From the NCBI GenBank assembly GCA_964234715.1, contig OZ174276.1: a stretch of DNA of 64,000 bases; one strand, 5' to 3'. Below the pieces are notes generated by a model, which saw only the letters and a list, made by a program, of their open reading frames with translations, searched no databases and was not told the DNA's origin. Of this stretch, positions 12,163 to 24,294 are shown one piece after another; the stretch's first letter is position 1; each line of letters begins with the position of its first letter. This DNA is from Podarcis melisellensis (lineage: Eukaryota). A program made the translations under genes and the position numbers.

Positions 12163-12852
12163 GCATTTAAAAATAACCATGTTTAAGTCACAACAATATA
12201 CAAAATTATAAACAAAATACAAGCTTGTCTGACCTAAAAAAAGATTTATTTATTTTTAAAAAGTGCTCACCAGGTACCAGTACCTCAGCTTCAGCTTGAA
12301 GTTTTGAGGCAAAACTTGGTAAACACTATATTCAATACAGATTCCATTAAAAGACTGGGCAAACCCCTGTACAGAATTATTGCATGAAAAGCACTGGGAC
12401 TTTCACTTAGTGGTTTGTGGTCATGTTTTCAGTGTATTGATGTAGCTTAACATCTTGCTGTAACTTCTGTGAGCCATGATAGAAGCTGTTTAGCTTGGTA
12501 CATTTTGTAAGATATACAAAGTTGCTGCTAAAATCCCATTTAAGAATAAAATGGATTAAGTTCACATTAGTGGCAGCAGGCCATTTCTTTGATACTAATG
12601 CTATTGCAAAAGAAAGTCCAGAGGGAAGCTTCCATCTTCCTCCACTTACTGTGTTAGAAAAGCTTCTTTAAGGAAGTGGGACTTTACAGCTGCCCCAAGG
12701 GAATGACACCAAAACTGTACAAGTTGCGTTTTCTGCATTTGCTTTCCAATGATGACAGTGAAAAGTTGTTTTTCCACATGGCAGCTGTTGGCCTGGAAAT
12801 GTTGTCACTAATAGCAATAATACCATCATACCATAATTAACTTGCTCAGTAG

Positions 12853-13018
12853 TCATGGGGTGTTCAGAACTGTGTTTGCCATTCCACTGTTGTACAGTGG
12901 AATGGCAAACACAGAAATGTCATCATAAGAAGCAGGCCTGTTGCTGCCCATAGTCCAGTAGTATCCATCCTTCTTTCCCCTTGCTTTCTGCACCAGGCAC
13001 TTGGCTAGTTCTGTAAAC
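12853..13018 (-). CDS. PPM1M: PPM1M exon 10 (last, 166 nt): RFTELAKCLVQKARGKKDGYYWTMGSNRPASYDDISVFAIPLYNSGMANTVLNTP*
   Basis: Acceptor ttttatag|G; PP2C motif SYDDISV; TGA at 12855-12853. Confidence 0.94.
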
Positions 13019-13526
13019 CTATAAAAACAAACAATTACTTTGTTATCTCCCAAAGCAGTGATTACCAATCCTAAAGACAGGTGAAGGATGAACTATAGTA
13101 CTTAAGGCACTGAGAGTTTGGTTTACTTTTCTGGTACTGCTGCCCACACACTACAGTGGAAGCAAACCGCTTCAGCATCCAATTTGAGTCTTGAGTACTG
13201 CCAACAGCTCTGGTAAACTAATTCTCTAGCAAAGCAATCTCAGCTAAATGTAAAAGGAATAGAATTTTGTCAGAGTAACTCTAAGAAGATAAGAAAAGGG
13301 TGTTGGTTCAGGCTAGTGGCCCATCTAGTCCAGCACCTTGTTCTCACAGTGTCCAACCAAATGACTGGGAAGGCTACAAGCAGGTCAGGAGTACAACACT
13401 TCTCTGCCCACTAGCAATTCCTAACAATTTTGAAGACTTGAGACCACACAGGCTAGCTTCTTGTTGCCTTTACCTCTGCTTAAAATGCTGTACATCAGTA
13501 TCAGTTACAGAGAACTTCATTAAGTA

Positions 13527-13684
13527 TGGAAAATGTTCAAAATGTTTGAAAACCAAAACTCTGCTTCTGATTGGCTGCAGGAAGCAGGACGTTCAGCTTC
13601 CAAAAATAGTTCGCAAACCGGAACAGTCACTTCCGGGTTTGCGATGTTCGGGAGCTAAGCTGTTTGAAAACCAAGGTACAACTG
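13527..13684. mobile_element. Truncated Tigger-like MITE
   Basis: Ends CCAAGGTACAACTG-TA; internal repeats of GTT(T/C)GAAAACC. Confidence 0.55.
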
Positions 13685-14153
13685 TATAGGTGATCAAGAT
13701 AACTCAGCCTGAGAAAAAATACTCCCTCACAGTAAACATGCCTGGGGGGTGGCTAGAGGCACCCACATGGTCTCTTGTACACTTAGAACATACACCTCAC
13801 AGAGGCTTCATTTTTCAGTGTGCAAAGATGAGCTAGCCACTGCTTCATTCTCATGCAGCTATTTCCTGAACAGCTGAGCAATGAGGAAGATTGTGGGGAG
13901 GATTCTCTCTGCTCCCCACATCTTTTCATCAAACAGCTGACTGCAGTTCCTGGTAGGAGGAGCTTGAGAAGAGAGGCTTTGTGGGACAGATCTGGCCCAT
14001 GGACTGCCATTTCCCTACCACTGCTACGCCAGAACACATGTCAACATAAGCAAAAGCAGAAGCAGAGGTGTGCATATTCAAATAATTTCCAGTGTGTTTC
14101 ATTCCCCAATTCTTTTAGCACAAATGCTCTTCAAATATTTTCTGCTAACATAC

Positions 14154-14302
14154 CTGTATGGGTCAGATGTGTTCTCCTGGACAAAATTCCTGACAATATG
14201 AGCCACATCGTCATTGGACATAACATCCCAAAGGCCGTCAGTTGCCATGATGAGGACATCGCCTTCCTTGATGTTTTGTTTGGCAAAGTCTAATACTTCA
14301 AC
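14154..14302 (-). CDS. PPM1M: PPM1M exon 9 (149 nt): VEVLDFAKQNIKEGDVLIMATDGLWDVMSNDDVAHIVRNFVQENTSDPYR
   Basis: PP2C metal-binding ATDGLWD motif; GT-AG boundaries; phase consistent. Confidence 0.96.
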
Positions 14303-14899
14303 CTAGTCAGAATTGACGAAAAGGTGCAAGCTTTCTTAACTGCTATCCTCTAACAGCTGGATGTTTGCAGTCTCCCTAGAGAATGGTTTAAATGGGGAAC
14401 CTGGAGTCCAACAACTTCTTGTGCAGAGCCACAGGTCTGCCACGCATGCTTTAAATACATGTCACTACAATAAGGGCATACAAGACAAGGCCTGCTGGAT
14501 GAAGCCAAAGGCTATCTTCTAGCACAGCATTATTATTTTTTTCTAATGGGGGAAGCCTGATGTTCCTGAGAAACTTAGATGCATAGTATGGAGGCAATAG
14601 CTCTCCCCTGTTGACAAACACATCAGTAGACCCTCAAAGTCAGTATACACATGCATGTCTAATTGGGTTCCTAATGACTAGCTACCCATTCTGTTTAGGG
14701 CTGCAGCACTATATGGACCTACATTTTTGGGGGTGGTTTTTTTAAAAAAAAATAAAATCAGGCAAAATACTAGAAATAGTGACAAAGCTGAATTAACTTT
14801 ACCTGAAGATATTCAGAGGACCCAGAAAGGGGAAAGAAGCTGAACTACAATGGTAAAACCATGGCTGAAAAGACTTAGTGTGTCCTATCAATTTCCTAC

Positions 14900-15007
14900 C
14901 TTTGGAATGCAGGACAGGAAAGGCTTGACTTCAACATCTGTTTCAATAACTCTCAACTGATGATCTCCCAGGCCTCGTGAAACAGCCAGGGTGCCTAGCA
15001 AGCGAGC
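14900..15007 (-). CDS. PPM1M: PPM1M exon 8 (108 nt): ARLLGTLAVSRGLGDHQLRVIETDVEVKPFLSCIPK
   Basis: LAVSRGLGD PP2C motif; GT-AG boundaries. Confidence 0.96.
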
Positions 15008-15510
15008 CTAAAAAAGGATGTCACAAGCATAGAGCCAGTGGTAATTTCAAGTATTTTCAAGTATTAAGTATAAACATATTTAAAACATTCATCTTTTCAA
15101 TGTAATATTCACAACAGATCACCATACACATTTAATTAAATCTAAAAAAACCAATGTTTCCAGCAGCAGCAGACTTCTCAAGAGCCACATAAAAGCCATT
15201 AAGCATCAAGAGCTTGGGAATGCAATTTTGTTTTTATCTGGTCCCTAAAGATAATCATACTTGACAACATGTAAACTGACAAGGGGACGTTTCATAGTGG
15301 AGGCACCACTAACAAGGTAACTCCACACTGTTGGAATGCATGCAGCTGTGCAATGTTTTACATGTTGAGCATGGTTCCAACTATGGAAAGGCAGCATACA
15401 ACTAAAATTTATGTATGTATGCATGCATAAAAAACAGTATAGGAAGGACATACTGGCTCTTCCCGCCCGCCTGCCCCCTTTTTTTGCTTGCAAGGGTCCT
15501 GCAGGCACAC

Positions 15511-15574
15511 CTGTTTTCCATGTCCATGGATAAGAGGATACTTGAGGTCATCTTTTGCTACCGTCTTGTATCCC
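15511..15574 (-). CDS. PPM1M: PPM1M exon 7 (64 nt): GYKTVAKDDLKYPLIHGHGKQ
   Basis: tttcag|G...CAG|gtgtgc; PPM1H/J/M flap-type insert. Confidence 0.93.
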
Positions 15575-16248
15575 CTGAAACGAGAAAGGTCATTTTTGCA
15601 GTCCTTCTGTCATACCATGGCCACAATCCAATATGAAGATAAACATGTTCAAACACACTAAATGTAAAACATGTTACTCCGTGGCTGCAGTCTTTGTATA
15701 TAAACGTCCCTTTAATGCAGACATATTAACTTTTCTACTAACTGCAGTACTCCGTTACACAAGGAGGTTTACAAGGTTGTACAGGAAGCCTGTAGCACAG
15801 TTAAGAAAGTAATCAGTGACGTCAATCCCAAAGCCATTTCAGAGCACAGGCCTAACAGGTGGGGGGGATTCAGAATTGCAGCTCAGATCCCCAGAAAGCA
15901 CAGAACTGCAGCATTGGAAGGGCCTCATCTAATCCAACCCTCTGCAATGCAGGGATATGCAGTTGTCCCACAAAGAGATCAAACCTGCGACCCTGGCATT
16001 ATCAGCATCATACTCTAACCAGAAGCCAGACTACCATTAATTAACACCATTATTGAGCAGCTTCCATCTCACATTTATGTTTAAAAAAACCGCTGCACAT
16101 TACTGATGGATTCTTGGGAGCAAGCTTAGGCTTTTCTTCAATCCTTTGAGGGATTGAGAGACAAGAGCAGTGAGACAACCACTGTATCTCAGAATTTGAT
16201 GTTGTCTCCTCTTGAAAGCCAAACACCTTTCCCCCCTATAATGTAAGC

Positions 16249-16381
16249 CAGGCATAGGCAAACATGGACCTCCAGATGTTTTGGGACTCAAACTCCCATC
16301 CCTAGCTAACAGGACCAGTGGTCAGGGATGATGGGAAATGTAGTTCCAAAACATCTGGAGGGCCGAGTTTGCCTGTGCCTG
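16249..16381. mobile_element. Short hAT MITE (URR1/MER5-like core)
   Basis: CAGGCATAGGCAAAC / GTTTGCCTGTGCCTG; TSD ATGTAAGC. Confidence 0.85.
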
Positions 16382-16499
16382 ATGTAAGCCATCCTGCCAG
16401 GTTAAGAAAATAGCATGGCTGAAGCAGATAGGCAACTAGAGACCAATAAGGGGAGAGAGATGAAGGACTGCCATGCGGGAAACGGTGGCTGGTACTTTG

Positions 16500-16735
16500 C
16501 TGCTCCAAAGGGCAAGAGTAGATTAAGTGTAGGACTGGAGAGTGTAAATAGCAAGGAAGCAGATTTTCAGCTAAAGACTAGAATTATCTTCCTAACGACT
16601 AGAGCTATTTGGCAGCAAAATAGATTGCCTTGGGAGATTGTAGATGCATTTAAGCAGGGGCTGGGTGGCTGTCAGGTGTTACAGGAGCATCCTGCATTGA
16701 GCAGAGTGATGGCCTCCAATGCCCTTTCCAACACA
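16500..16735 (+). mobile_element. Old CR1 3' end fragment
   Basis: GCAGATTTTCAGCTAAAGACTAG...TTCCTAAC...TCCTGCATTGAGCAG...CCCTTTCCAAC. Confidence 0.6.
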
Positions 16736-16806
16736 ATTCCACCACACAAACACTGCTCATCCAGGGCATCCTCTTACCCAAGCCAAGAGAGGCTTGAGTG
16801 ACTCAC

Positions 16807-16925
16807 CAGCCTTCCATTGAGTAATCTCGATAAAGGACCTTCTGGCCCACATCATCTCCTCTCAATCTCCTTGGAAACTCAAACCGTATGAATTCATCTG
16901 CCAGAAGCTCTGGGCACATGAAAGC
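16807..16925 (-). CDS. PPM1M: PPM1M exon 6 (119 nt): AFMCPELLADEFIRFEFPRRLRGDDVGQKVLYRDYSMEGW
   Basis: cgcag|GCT...GGCTG|gtgagt. Confidence 0.95.
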
Positions 16926-17242
16926 CTGCGAAGAAAAAGAACATTCAAAAATACTTAAAGTGGAAGCATCATTTTCAGGGGAATGTGGTAGAGAAAGTGG
17001 GGAAACTTGTGTTGCGTGTTCTGCCACTGGTAAGTCCCTAATTATCAGTGGCATAATACTCAATTTCTATGGAGAATGGGAATAAAAATCCTTAAAATTA
17101 CTGGTAGAGTATTCTAATTTCAAAATTAAAACAAGGGTCCCAAAACCATAAAAGCAACAGGGATGATATTTGCAGGGAAACCTGTTTCCTTACAGAGATT
17201 GCTCCTCACTGGATATGAATAAAGGTCTGGTAAATCACCACT

Positions 17243-17605
17243 GGGACACAGGTGGCGCTGTGGGTTAAAGCCTCAGCGCCTAGGACTTGCTGATCGAAAG
17301 GTCGGCGGTTCGAATCCCTGCTGCGGGGTGCGCTCCCGCTGCTCGGTCCCATCGCCTGCCAACCTAGCAGTTCGAAAGCACCTCCGGGTGCAAGTAGATA
17401 AATAGGGACCACTTACTAGCGGGAAGGTAAACGGCGTTTCCGTGTGCAGCTCTGGCTCGCCAGATGCAGCGATGTCACACTGGCCACGTGACCCGGAAGT
17501 GTCTCCGGACAGCGCTGGCCCCTGGCCTCTTAAGTGAGATGGGCGCACAACCCCAGAGTCTGTCAAGACTGGCCCGTACGGGCAGGGGTACCTTTACCTT
17601 TACTT
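17243..17605 (+). mobile_element. Full-length Sauria SINE
   Basis: tRNA-derived head with B box GGTTCGAATCC; (ACCTTT)n tail; TSD TAAATCACCACT(G) at 17231 and 17606. Confidence 0.9.
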
Positions 17606-17855
17606 TAAATCACCACTGTTTGTGCAGTCTAATTAACATTATTCTGAATGGCAGAATATAGATCTATTCTATATAAGGCTATACTCAGACACTTAGTACT
17701 TCACACCACTTCAGTGCAACACAAAGCAAGAGTAGTAGTGATATCTCAGAATGAATCTGCTGTTCCGGATGACCCTACCACTCATGAGAGATGGGTAGTG
17801 CAAGACAGACATGTTGCCATTAGAAAATATGCAGAAAGGTGTGTGTTTTTCTTAC

Positions 17856-17940
17856 CAGATGTTGGATTCTCTGCCTCTCTGTTTCTGGAGTGAATTCAGT
17901 ACTCAGGGGGACAATGCTTTGTTTTCGAACAAGGAGTGCC
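17856..17940 (-). CDS. PPM1M: PPM1M exon 5 (85 nt): ALLVRKQSIVPLSTEFTPETERQRIQHL
   Basis: tttag|G...CTG|gtaag; FTPETERQRI motif. Confidence 0.95.
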
Positions 17941-18753
17941 CTAAATAAAATAATATAAAAACTGAGGTTAACTCTTTCAAGTGGATTTCTCTCATTACAT
18001 TTTTCAGACATAGGAATAAGTTGACAGGTGTTTGTGATTGTTGCTATACAACCAGCTTCTTTAGTAATACAGGAGGTGGGGAAGAAGATCCTTTTTGGGC
18101 CAGCCCAAGAACTCAAGATGTGTATGCCACCACCCTACAAGTATACATTTGAAACACCTTTCATCAATATTACAACAAAGAGACTATCTCTCCACAAGCT
18201 ATGCCTGAAGAGTGGCAAGAAGTTAATCCATAAGACAGCTGTTAGCTGTCCGCTGTCCCAACACTCTGCTCCCGAAGGCAAAAAGTGAAATTTCAATTCT
18301 TCTTTAAAGAGCATGCTCACAGTATCTTTATATTTTTCCAAGGAAAAACAGCCACACAGGACCTCCTTTCAGATCAGGACTTCAAAAGTCTGGGAAGAGA
18401 GGTTTAACCCTTTTCTCCCTGCACCAGTTTACCATTGAAAATCAACACAAAACACACACACCTGTTTCCACGCAAAGGTTCAAACAGGAAACAGGGAAGG
18501 GATTTTCATTAGGAACCTGATGTAGGGAGGAAAGGGTTAAACACCATTCCTGACCCTGATTAAGGCCTCCGGCAGCTGCCTTTTTTTCGATTTCAACAAG
18601 CATGCTTAATGTAATATATTCAACACTTAACAAAACATCTAATTTTGTTAAACAGAGAAAACTAACATTAACTGAATGTCTTTCTTACTCAATAACTAGG
18701 CTAAAAGGACAATGTTGGGTCTCATCCTAGGTTGCATTTGGATGTGAACTCAC

Positions 18754-18866
18754 CTGCTGTCACCTGCGTTTGCCACATAGAGCTTTCCCTGCAAGTAAAG
18801 TGCAGCTAGTGCAGTACAACCTCCTGATTGGCCAGTAGCTTCCATCTCCTGACCAATTACATCATC
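18754..18866 (-). CDS. PPM1M: PPM1M exon 4 (113 nt): DDVIGQEMEATGQSGGCTALAALYLQGKLYVANAGDSR
   Basis: GGCTA and ANAGDSR PP2C motifs; GT-AG boundaries. Confidence 0.96.
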
Positions 18867-19353
18867 CTGTTGGGGGAAAACATCTGATGACGATGCAATG
18901 CAGGTGCCGTATTTCTCAGCAAAGTCTGAAATCTAACTTTAAGACCACCGTTAGATAACTAATCATCCGGACACTCAAGTCAGTTCAAACAAACACATGC
19001 CACTTTCTTTTCGTGCGATTATGTTTTCACATACATGATCGTGCAGCAAACGTTTCTTGTGAATTGGCAGCTTGCATGGGAACAGATATGTCATATGGGA
19101 ACAGATATGTCATAGTAAACTTTATATACCAAGCAGAAATGCATAGGGTACTAAGTCTGCATTGGCACAACATTTGACAATGAGTCATGGCATAAACAGG
19201 CTCATCAGCAGAAACTTCCAAGGGCTGAGGCAGCTGGTTTGCCTGGCTGTGAAAACAACAGGATCTTGAGCAAGATTTGCACCAACGGTCATCTGTGACA
19301 TAAGGAGCCTTAACCCTCTCAGAGACAATAAAGGGGGAAACAAGGTCACTCAC

Positions 19354-19608
19354 ACATTCCTGGAAGGCCTTCTCCAGTGCTCCAATTACCACATCCTCCT
19401 GCCGAATCTGTTTTTCTTCCACGAACTGTGGGTCACTTTGGCAAACGCACTGCCCACTGAGGTGCATTGGGGGACGGTCTTGAGTGATGCCTTCCACCAC
19501 ATCCTCCAATTTCTGCTTGATGCAACAGTGCAAGTAGTTGGAGGCCAAGATAGATGCTTCTGGTCCACCATGACCATCAAACAGTGCCCAGTAGTGGCCA
19601 GTCAGATA
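19354..19608 (-). CDS. PPM1M: PPM1M exon 3 (255 nt): YLTGHYWALFDGHGGPEASILASNYLHCC...GALEKAFQEC
   Basis: LFDGHGG PP2C signature; tttcag|TAT...TGT|gtgagt. Confidence 0.96.
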
Positions 19609-19964
19609 CTGAAAGTCAAAGCATTGAGACTTTTACCATCATTTAGTACACTCTTCCAGAACATCTGGGGGTGCAGCAAGCTGCATGTTTGCTTTGTATG
19701 TGGGAGCCAGACTCACAGTTCTCACTTAAGCAAGTCACCAATCACTCAACCTCACCTGCTTCAGTGTGGTTGTGAGGATTAGAATTATAAACCACTCCAT
19801 AGTCTGAAAACTGAAGCAGACAGGTGTGTGCTTCAGGAATCAATTCATATTATTATTGAAACATTCTAAAACACAACCCTCACACCTGCTTGTTAGGAAC
19901 TTTGGATAGAAATTCATTCACACAAGAGCAAGCATTTCCTCTTTTGCTGTAAGCCACAATTATA

Positions 19965-21003
19965 CAGTGGTACCTCGGGTTAAGAACTTACCATATTTTT
20001 CGCTCTATAGGATGCACCGGACCATAGGAGGGGGAGAACAGGGGGAAAAAAATTTCTTGTTCTCCCCCTCAAAAACAAGGTGCGTTCAAGAGCAGGCCTT
20101 GCCGCTGCCCCCCGAGCTTGTGGAGCTGGCGGTGGGGGGAAGCACTATTTTCCCCCACCGCCAACCTCAAAGATCCCTGAAGCCTTTGGAGCGCAGCTGC
20201 ACTCCAAAGGCTTGAGGCTTCGGGTACATCCTTTGTAGCCTCCGCAGGGCAGCGGGGTGGAGGCTGCGCAGTGCCCCATCTCGCTGTTTTGGCTTCAGGG
20301 ACAGCCTTTCAAACCTCTGCAGGGCGGTGGGGTGCCTTCACCCCGCCGCCCTGCAGAGACTTTGCCCAGCCATCCCGAAGCTAGAACAGCTTCGGGCTGC
20401 AGGCTGCTATCTGCAAGCCTGCAGCCTGGGGTGCGCAGCGCTGCGCTCCCCGGGCTTCGGGCTGCTGCCTGCTATCCGCAAGCCTTCTGAGCCCGGCGGG
20501 AATTCCCGCGGGCTCCGAAGGCTTGCGGATAGCTGCCCAAAGCCCGGAGAGCACAGCGCCACGCTCCCTGGGCTTCGGGCTGCAGGCAGCTATCCGCAAG
20601 CCTGTGGAGCCCGGCGGGAGTTCCTTCCAGGCTCCCAAGGCTTGTGGATAGCCTCCTGAAGCCTGGAGAGCGAGAGTGGTTGGTGCGCACTGACCCCTCT
20701 CGCTATCCAGGCTTCAGCAAAAGCCTTGCATTCGCTCCATAGGACACACACATATTTCCCCTTCATTTTTGGAGGGGGAAAAGTGCGTCCTATAGAGCGA
20801 AAAATACGGTAATTCGTTCTGGCGGTCCATTTTTAACCTCAAACTGTTCTTAGCCTGAGGTACCACTTTAGCTAATAGGGCCTCCCACTGCCACAGCTGT
20901 GCAATTTCTGTTCTCACCCTGAAGCAAAGTTCTTAACCCGAGGTACTATTTCTGGGTTAGCGGAGCCTGTAACCTAAAGCGTCTGTAAAGCGAGGTACCA
21001 CTG
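19965..21003. mobile_element. Family A MITE split by a nested insertion
   Basis: CAGTGGTACCTCGGGTTAAGAACT-TA-[insert]-TA-ATTCGTTC...GAGGTACCACTG; matches the intact 3033 copy once the insert is removed. Confidence 0.88.
19991..20809. mobile_element. Mariner/Tigger-type non-autonomous element, family B, with internal GC-rich hairpin minisatellite
   Basis: TIRs CCATATTTTTCGCTCTATAGGA / TCCTATAGAGCGAAAAATACGG; TA duplication. Confidence 0.88.
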
Positions 21004-21727
21004 TACTCCAAAGTGTACCATACAATCTGCTAGTTTCACAAGGGCATCAGCTGCCCACTCTCTGACGTACAAGCTTCCTCTATATTCCAAGTTTTACTCT
21101 GTTGTTGTTGTTTCCTTTATCTAAATGGATTTGCCAGGCAGATACAAACCCGCAGCTCATGCCTTTCACGGGATTCTCAGAATGTTGAATGAGGAATTGA
21201 AGAACAAACCAAGCCATTCAGCATTTGCCGCAAGAGGAATAGGAAGATGCCCTAATTGTTTAGAAATACTTGTGCTTCACTCATATTGACCCCACATGAC
21301 TATGGTCCAGAAATAATTAGCCGACTGAATGGAAGCCAGTTAGTTATAAATGGGAGTGAATGTCATACTTGTGAGAGCAAAACAGTTAGCAAAAGCCACT
21401 TAAGACCAAACTAGGAGCTAGATAGACATAGCTGCCACTTTTAATGGGTACTGCACCTGGCACCTCTCTGTCTGTGAACTGTGAAAAGATCTGCAGTCCC
21501 AAGAGGAAAAGAAGAAATACGTTGTCATCGTGACCTTTATCTCTGATCAATGCAAATAAATGACACAACCTCCATTTTCCACAATGTAAGAATGCCTACC
21601 CTGACATCTGACTGGATGTGAATATAGCATTCTGTAATCACTCAAAATATCTTACTAGATATAATGATTATGTAAGTCCTGTTTCAATTTTCTGACTGAC
21701 AATAGTTAAATTAGTAAGTTGGCCGCT

Positions 21728-21931
21728 ATGGAACTGCTCTCTGCCACAGCCTCTTCCTGCTCACTAAATCCTGTTGCCTCTTCAGCTTCTGACACCTCCT
21801 CCTCCCAATCTTCTCCCTCTGACCACTCATTGTCGTCCCACCACCAATCCCTGGGTTCTGAGCCTTCTTCTCTTGGGGGTTCCCCAGTTGGTGTCGCCCA
21901 CCTTTCCTCTGTTTCCAGCCAGTCCATGACA
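21728..21931 (-). mobile_element. 5' fragment of the same LTR family as 34887-35662
   Basis: Minus strand begins TGTCATGGACTGGCTGG; shares CTCAGARCCYRGGGATTGGTGG...GGTCAGAGGGAGAAGATTGGGAGGAGG. Confidence 0.7.
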
Positions 21932-22169
21932 GACACTATACTGAATATGGAATCTTCGAAAATTATCTCAAGATGTTACAAAGTTGGGGACAAATATAAC
22001 TGCCAAGCAATTAAACTCATGCACACTGTATATGTTCAGAGACATTCACCTATAGACTTCATGAAGTTTCAGAACTGAATCAAAACAGGTTCTGCCGTAG
22101 GCTGAGCCTTGGTAAGTCCTGGCTCTAATTAATCCCTGCTGTAGACAGAAACGCTACATCTGAACTCAC

Positions 22170-22293
22170 CTCAGTAGTGCACAGAATCAGCCACTCCTGG
22201 TCCTCTTCTTTGCCATGTTCCCTCTTTCTGATAGAGATATGACAGCATGTTGCTTGGTCTTCATTGAATTCTGATTTTTCTGCGTTGATAGTT
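22170..22293 (-). CDS. PPM1M: PPM1M exon 2 (124 nt): TINAEKSEFNEDQATCCHISIRKREHGKEEDQEWLILCTTE
   Basis: NED motif; catcag|A...GAG|gtgagt; phase matches exon 1. Confidence 0.93.
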
Positions 22294-23502
22294 CTGATGG
22301 CACAAGAAACAAAATCACTAGAATAACTGAAGCAATTCCATTTTATTAGGTCCAATGTAAATGAAAACTAGCCATTTTATGGTTGATGACATAATTGACT
22401 TCAGATGACACCCTGCAGGTGCCAAGAAGCTGAGTAGTCTTGGAGCCTAAAAGCAGGATGCAACCTGTTTTATCAGACCTTATAAGATACTGGTGAGTAG
22501 GAGAGTACACCCAAATCACCAAGACTGAGAATCTATAGAAATCCAAGCTGCAGGCCTTTAGTTCAGGGCTAGCAGACATAATCCTACAGCAAGCAAGCGC
22601 CACAGTCATTCATAAAGCCTTTGAGAAAACAGTGAGAAGTGGTGTGATAGGAAATACCTGCATATTGCACGTGGTTATGGAGAAGGGGCAGCAGCCCAGC
22701 TATGCAGGGAGCGGGTCTCCCTTTACACTCTGGGTCCTCTACGTTTATTCTAGGGGCTCCACATTTTTTCTGTAGGTGCTGAACTGGGTGTCTTTCCTGT
22801 CGCCTTCCCTCTGTTCCAAGCACAGGGGCACTGCAAGAATATAATTTAGCCACAGAATCCCCATTAATCTGATTCATTATGGCCTGGGGTGCCTTGAATG
22901 ATGGTCAGGGGTGCCGCAAGCAACACTGGCCTCTGTCCCTCTTTACTTCCCTCCCTCCTTGGATGCCCTCTCACGTCTATGTCTCCATCAGGCTGCTAAG
23001 GCTGAGGGCATACTCTTCCCAGCCCCTGGGGGGTGACACGAGGAGACACCTCTCTTTGAGGTAGGGGGCATCTCAGAAACCAGGGGCAGTGGTGGAAGCT
23101 ACCCAGAGGACTCCGAAAAAGAAGGGAGCGAAGCCTGAGGGAACACTCCACAAGGCTTGGAGTGTGTTTCCCCAGAGAGGAGCCACAGAGCAAATGTAGT
23201 TGGTCAAGGGAGCCATGGACTCAAAAAGGTTGAAAACCTCTGCATTATGGAGATAATGACTTAGCACAGGAAATGGCTGACGTTCTAAATGTTCTTTCCT
23301 CTTTCTGAGCAAAAAGTGTCCTCTTTCAAAAGATATTGCCCCACTGACTGACTCAACATTCACCCACACCAAGAGGCAAGACTTGCTATTTTGCCATGCT
23401 CTTGTTATGTAGCATAATCTATTGCAGCAGTGGGTCAACATAGTTTCAACATTAATTTTATTGATTTCTTTTATTAGATTCCTACAGTGTATTATTTTAA
23501 CA

Positions 23503-23503
<1 letters not shown>

Positions 23504-23533
<30 letters not shown>
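23504..23533. repeat. (CA)n microsatellite
   Basis: Read directly. Confidence 0.95.
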
Positions 23534-23535
<2 letters not shown>

Positions 23536-23658
23536 AAAGTATTTCACCCTAGCCCAGAATAAGTTAAGTTTAAGCACTGCATCCAAAATTACACCTAAAT
23601 AATATAATAATCCTATCTCGGACTACCATTTGTATGGAGTGTGATAGAAACTTTATGC

Positions 23659-23794
23659 CAGGCTTCCTCAAACTCAGCCCTCCAGATGTTTTTGGCCTAC
23701 AACTCCCATGATCCCTAGCTAGCAGGACCAGTGGTCAGGGATGATGGGAATTGTAGTCGCAAAACATCTGGAGGGCAGAGTTTGAGGAAGCCTG
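23659..23794. mobile_element. Short hAT MITE, same core
   Basis: CAGGCTTCCTCAAACTC / GAGTTTGAGGAAGCCTG; TSD CTTTATGC. Confidence 0.88.
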
Positions 23795-24256
23795 CTTTAT
23801 GCTAAAGAAGTTTTATAATGTGATGGGAATAATCTGTTTTCGTTTTTGGTCATGTACATATTAAAGCTGCATAATAGCCTTTGGCTAATACAATAAACTT
23901 ATGGAAAAAGATGTACTAATCAGTTGCAAAGGACTCTATGCATCAAACCATGTGCCAATTTTATTAGTAATTTTTTTCACAACTGCTTTTTGGCTTACTT
24001 TAGTGTACCAGATATCAAAGAAGCACCCTCCAAATTCTTCCAGTATCTTATTATTAGGAGTTTGTCCACTAGCAAAAGAGAACTTGTTAGGGTTTCTGAA
24101 CTGTAAGTTAGCGTTATTTTTCATAAAAAGATATTACAGTCAAACATAACTATGCCTGCTGCTAGTGGTGCATGAAGGGTAAGAACCACAGAGTTATATT
24201 GCTAGACAGACTCAGGTCATGCCCCTTCTCCTTGCAGAGGAAGTGAAGCCTTTCTA

Positions 24257-24258
<2 letters not shown>

Positions 24259-24288
<30 letters not shown>
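24259..24288. repeat. (CT)n microsatellite
   Basis: Read directly. Confidence 0.95.

Positions 24289-24294
<6 letters not shown>

Noticed and set aside
17243-17325. tRNA-like A/B boxes (also at about 42117-42185)
   Set aside because: These are SINE heads, not tRNA genes; no complete cloverleaf.
20380-20665. Repeat-spacer-like pattern suggestive of a CRISPR array
   Set aside because: Vertebrate DNA; the units are degenerate, alternate in orientation and lie inside a TIR element; no unique spacers or cas genes.
21706-21936. Acidic, Trp-rich ORF (also at 35004-35393 and 3892-4155) that looks protein-like
   Set aside because: These are translations of purine-rich LTR sequence bounded by TG...CA termini.
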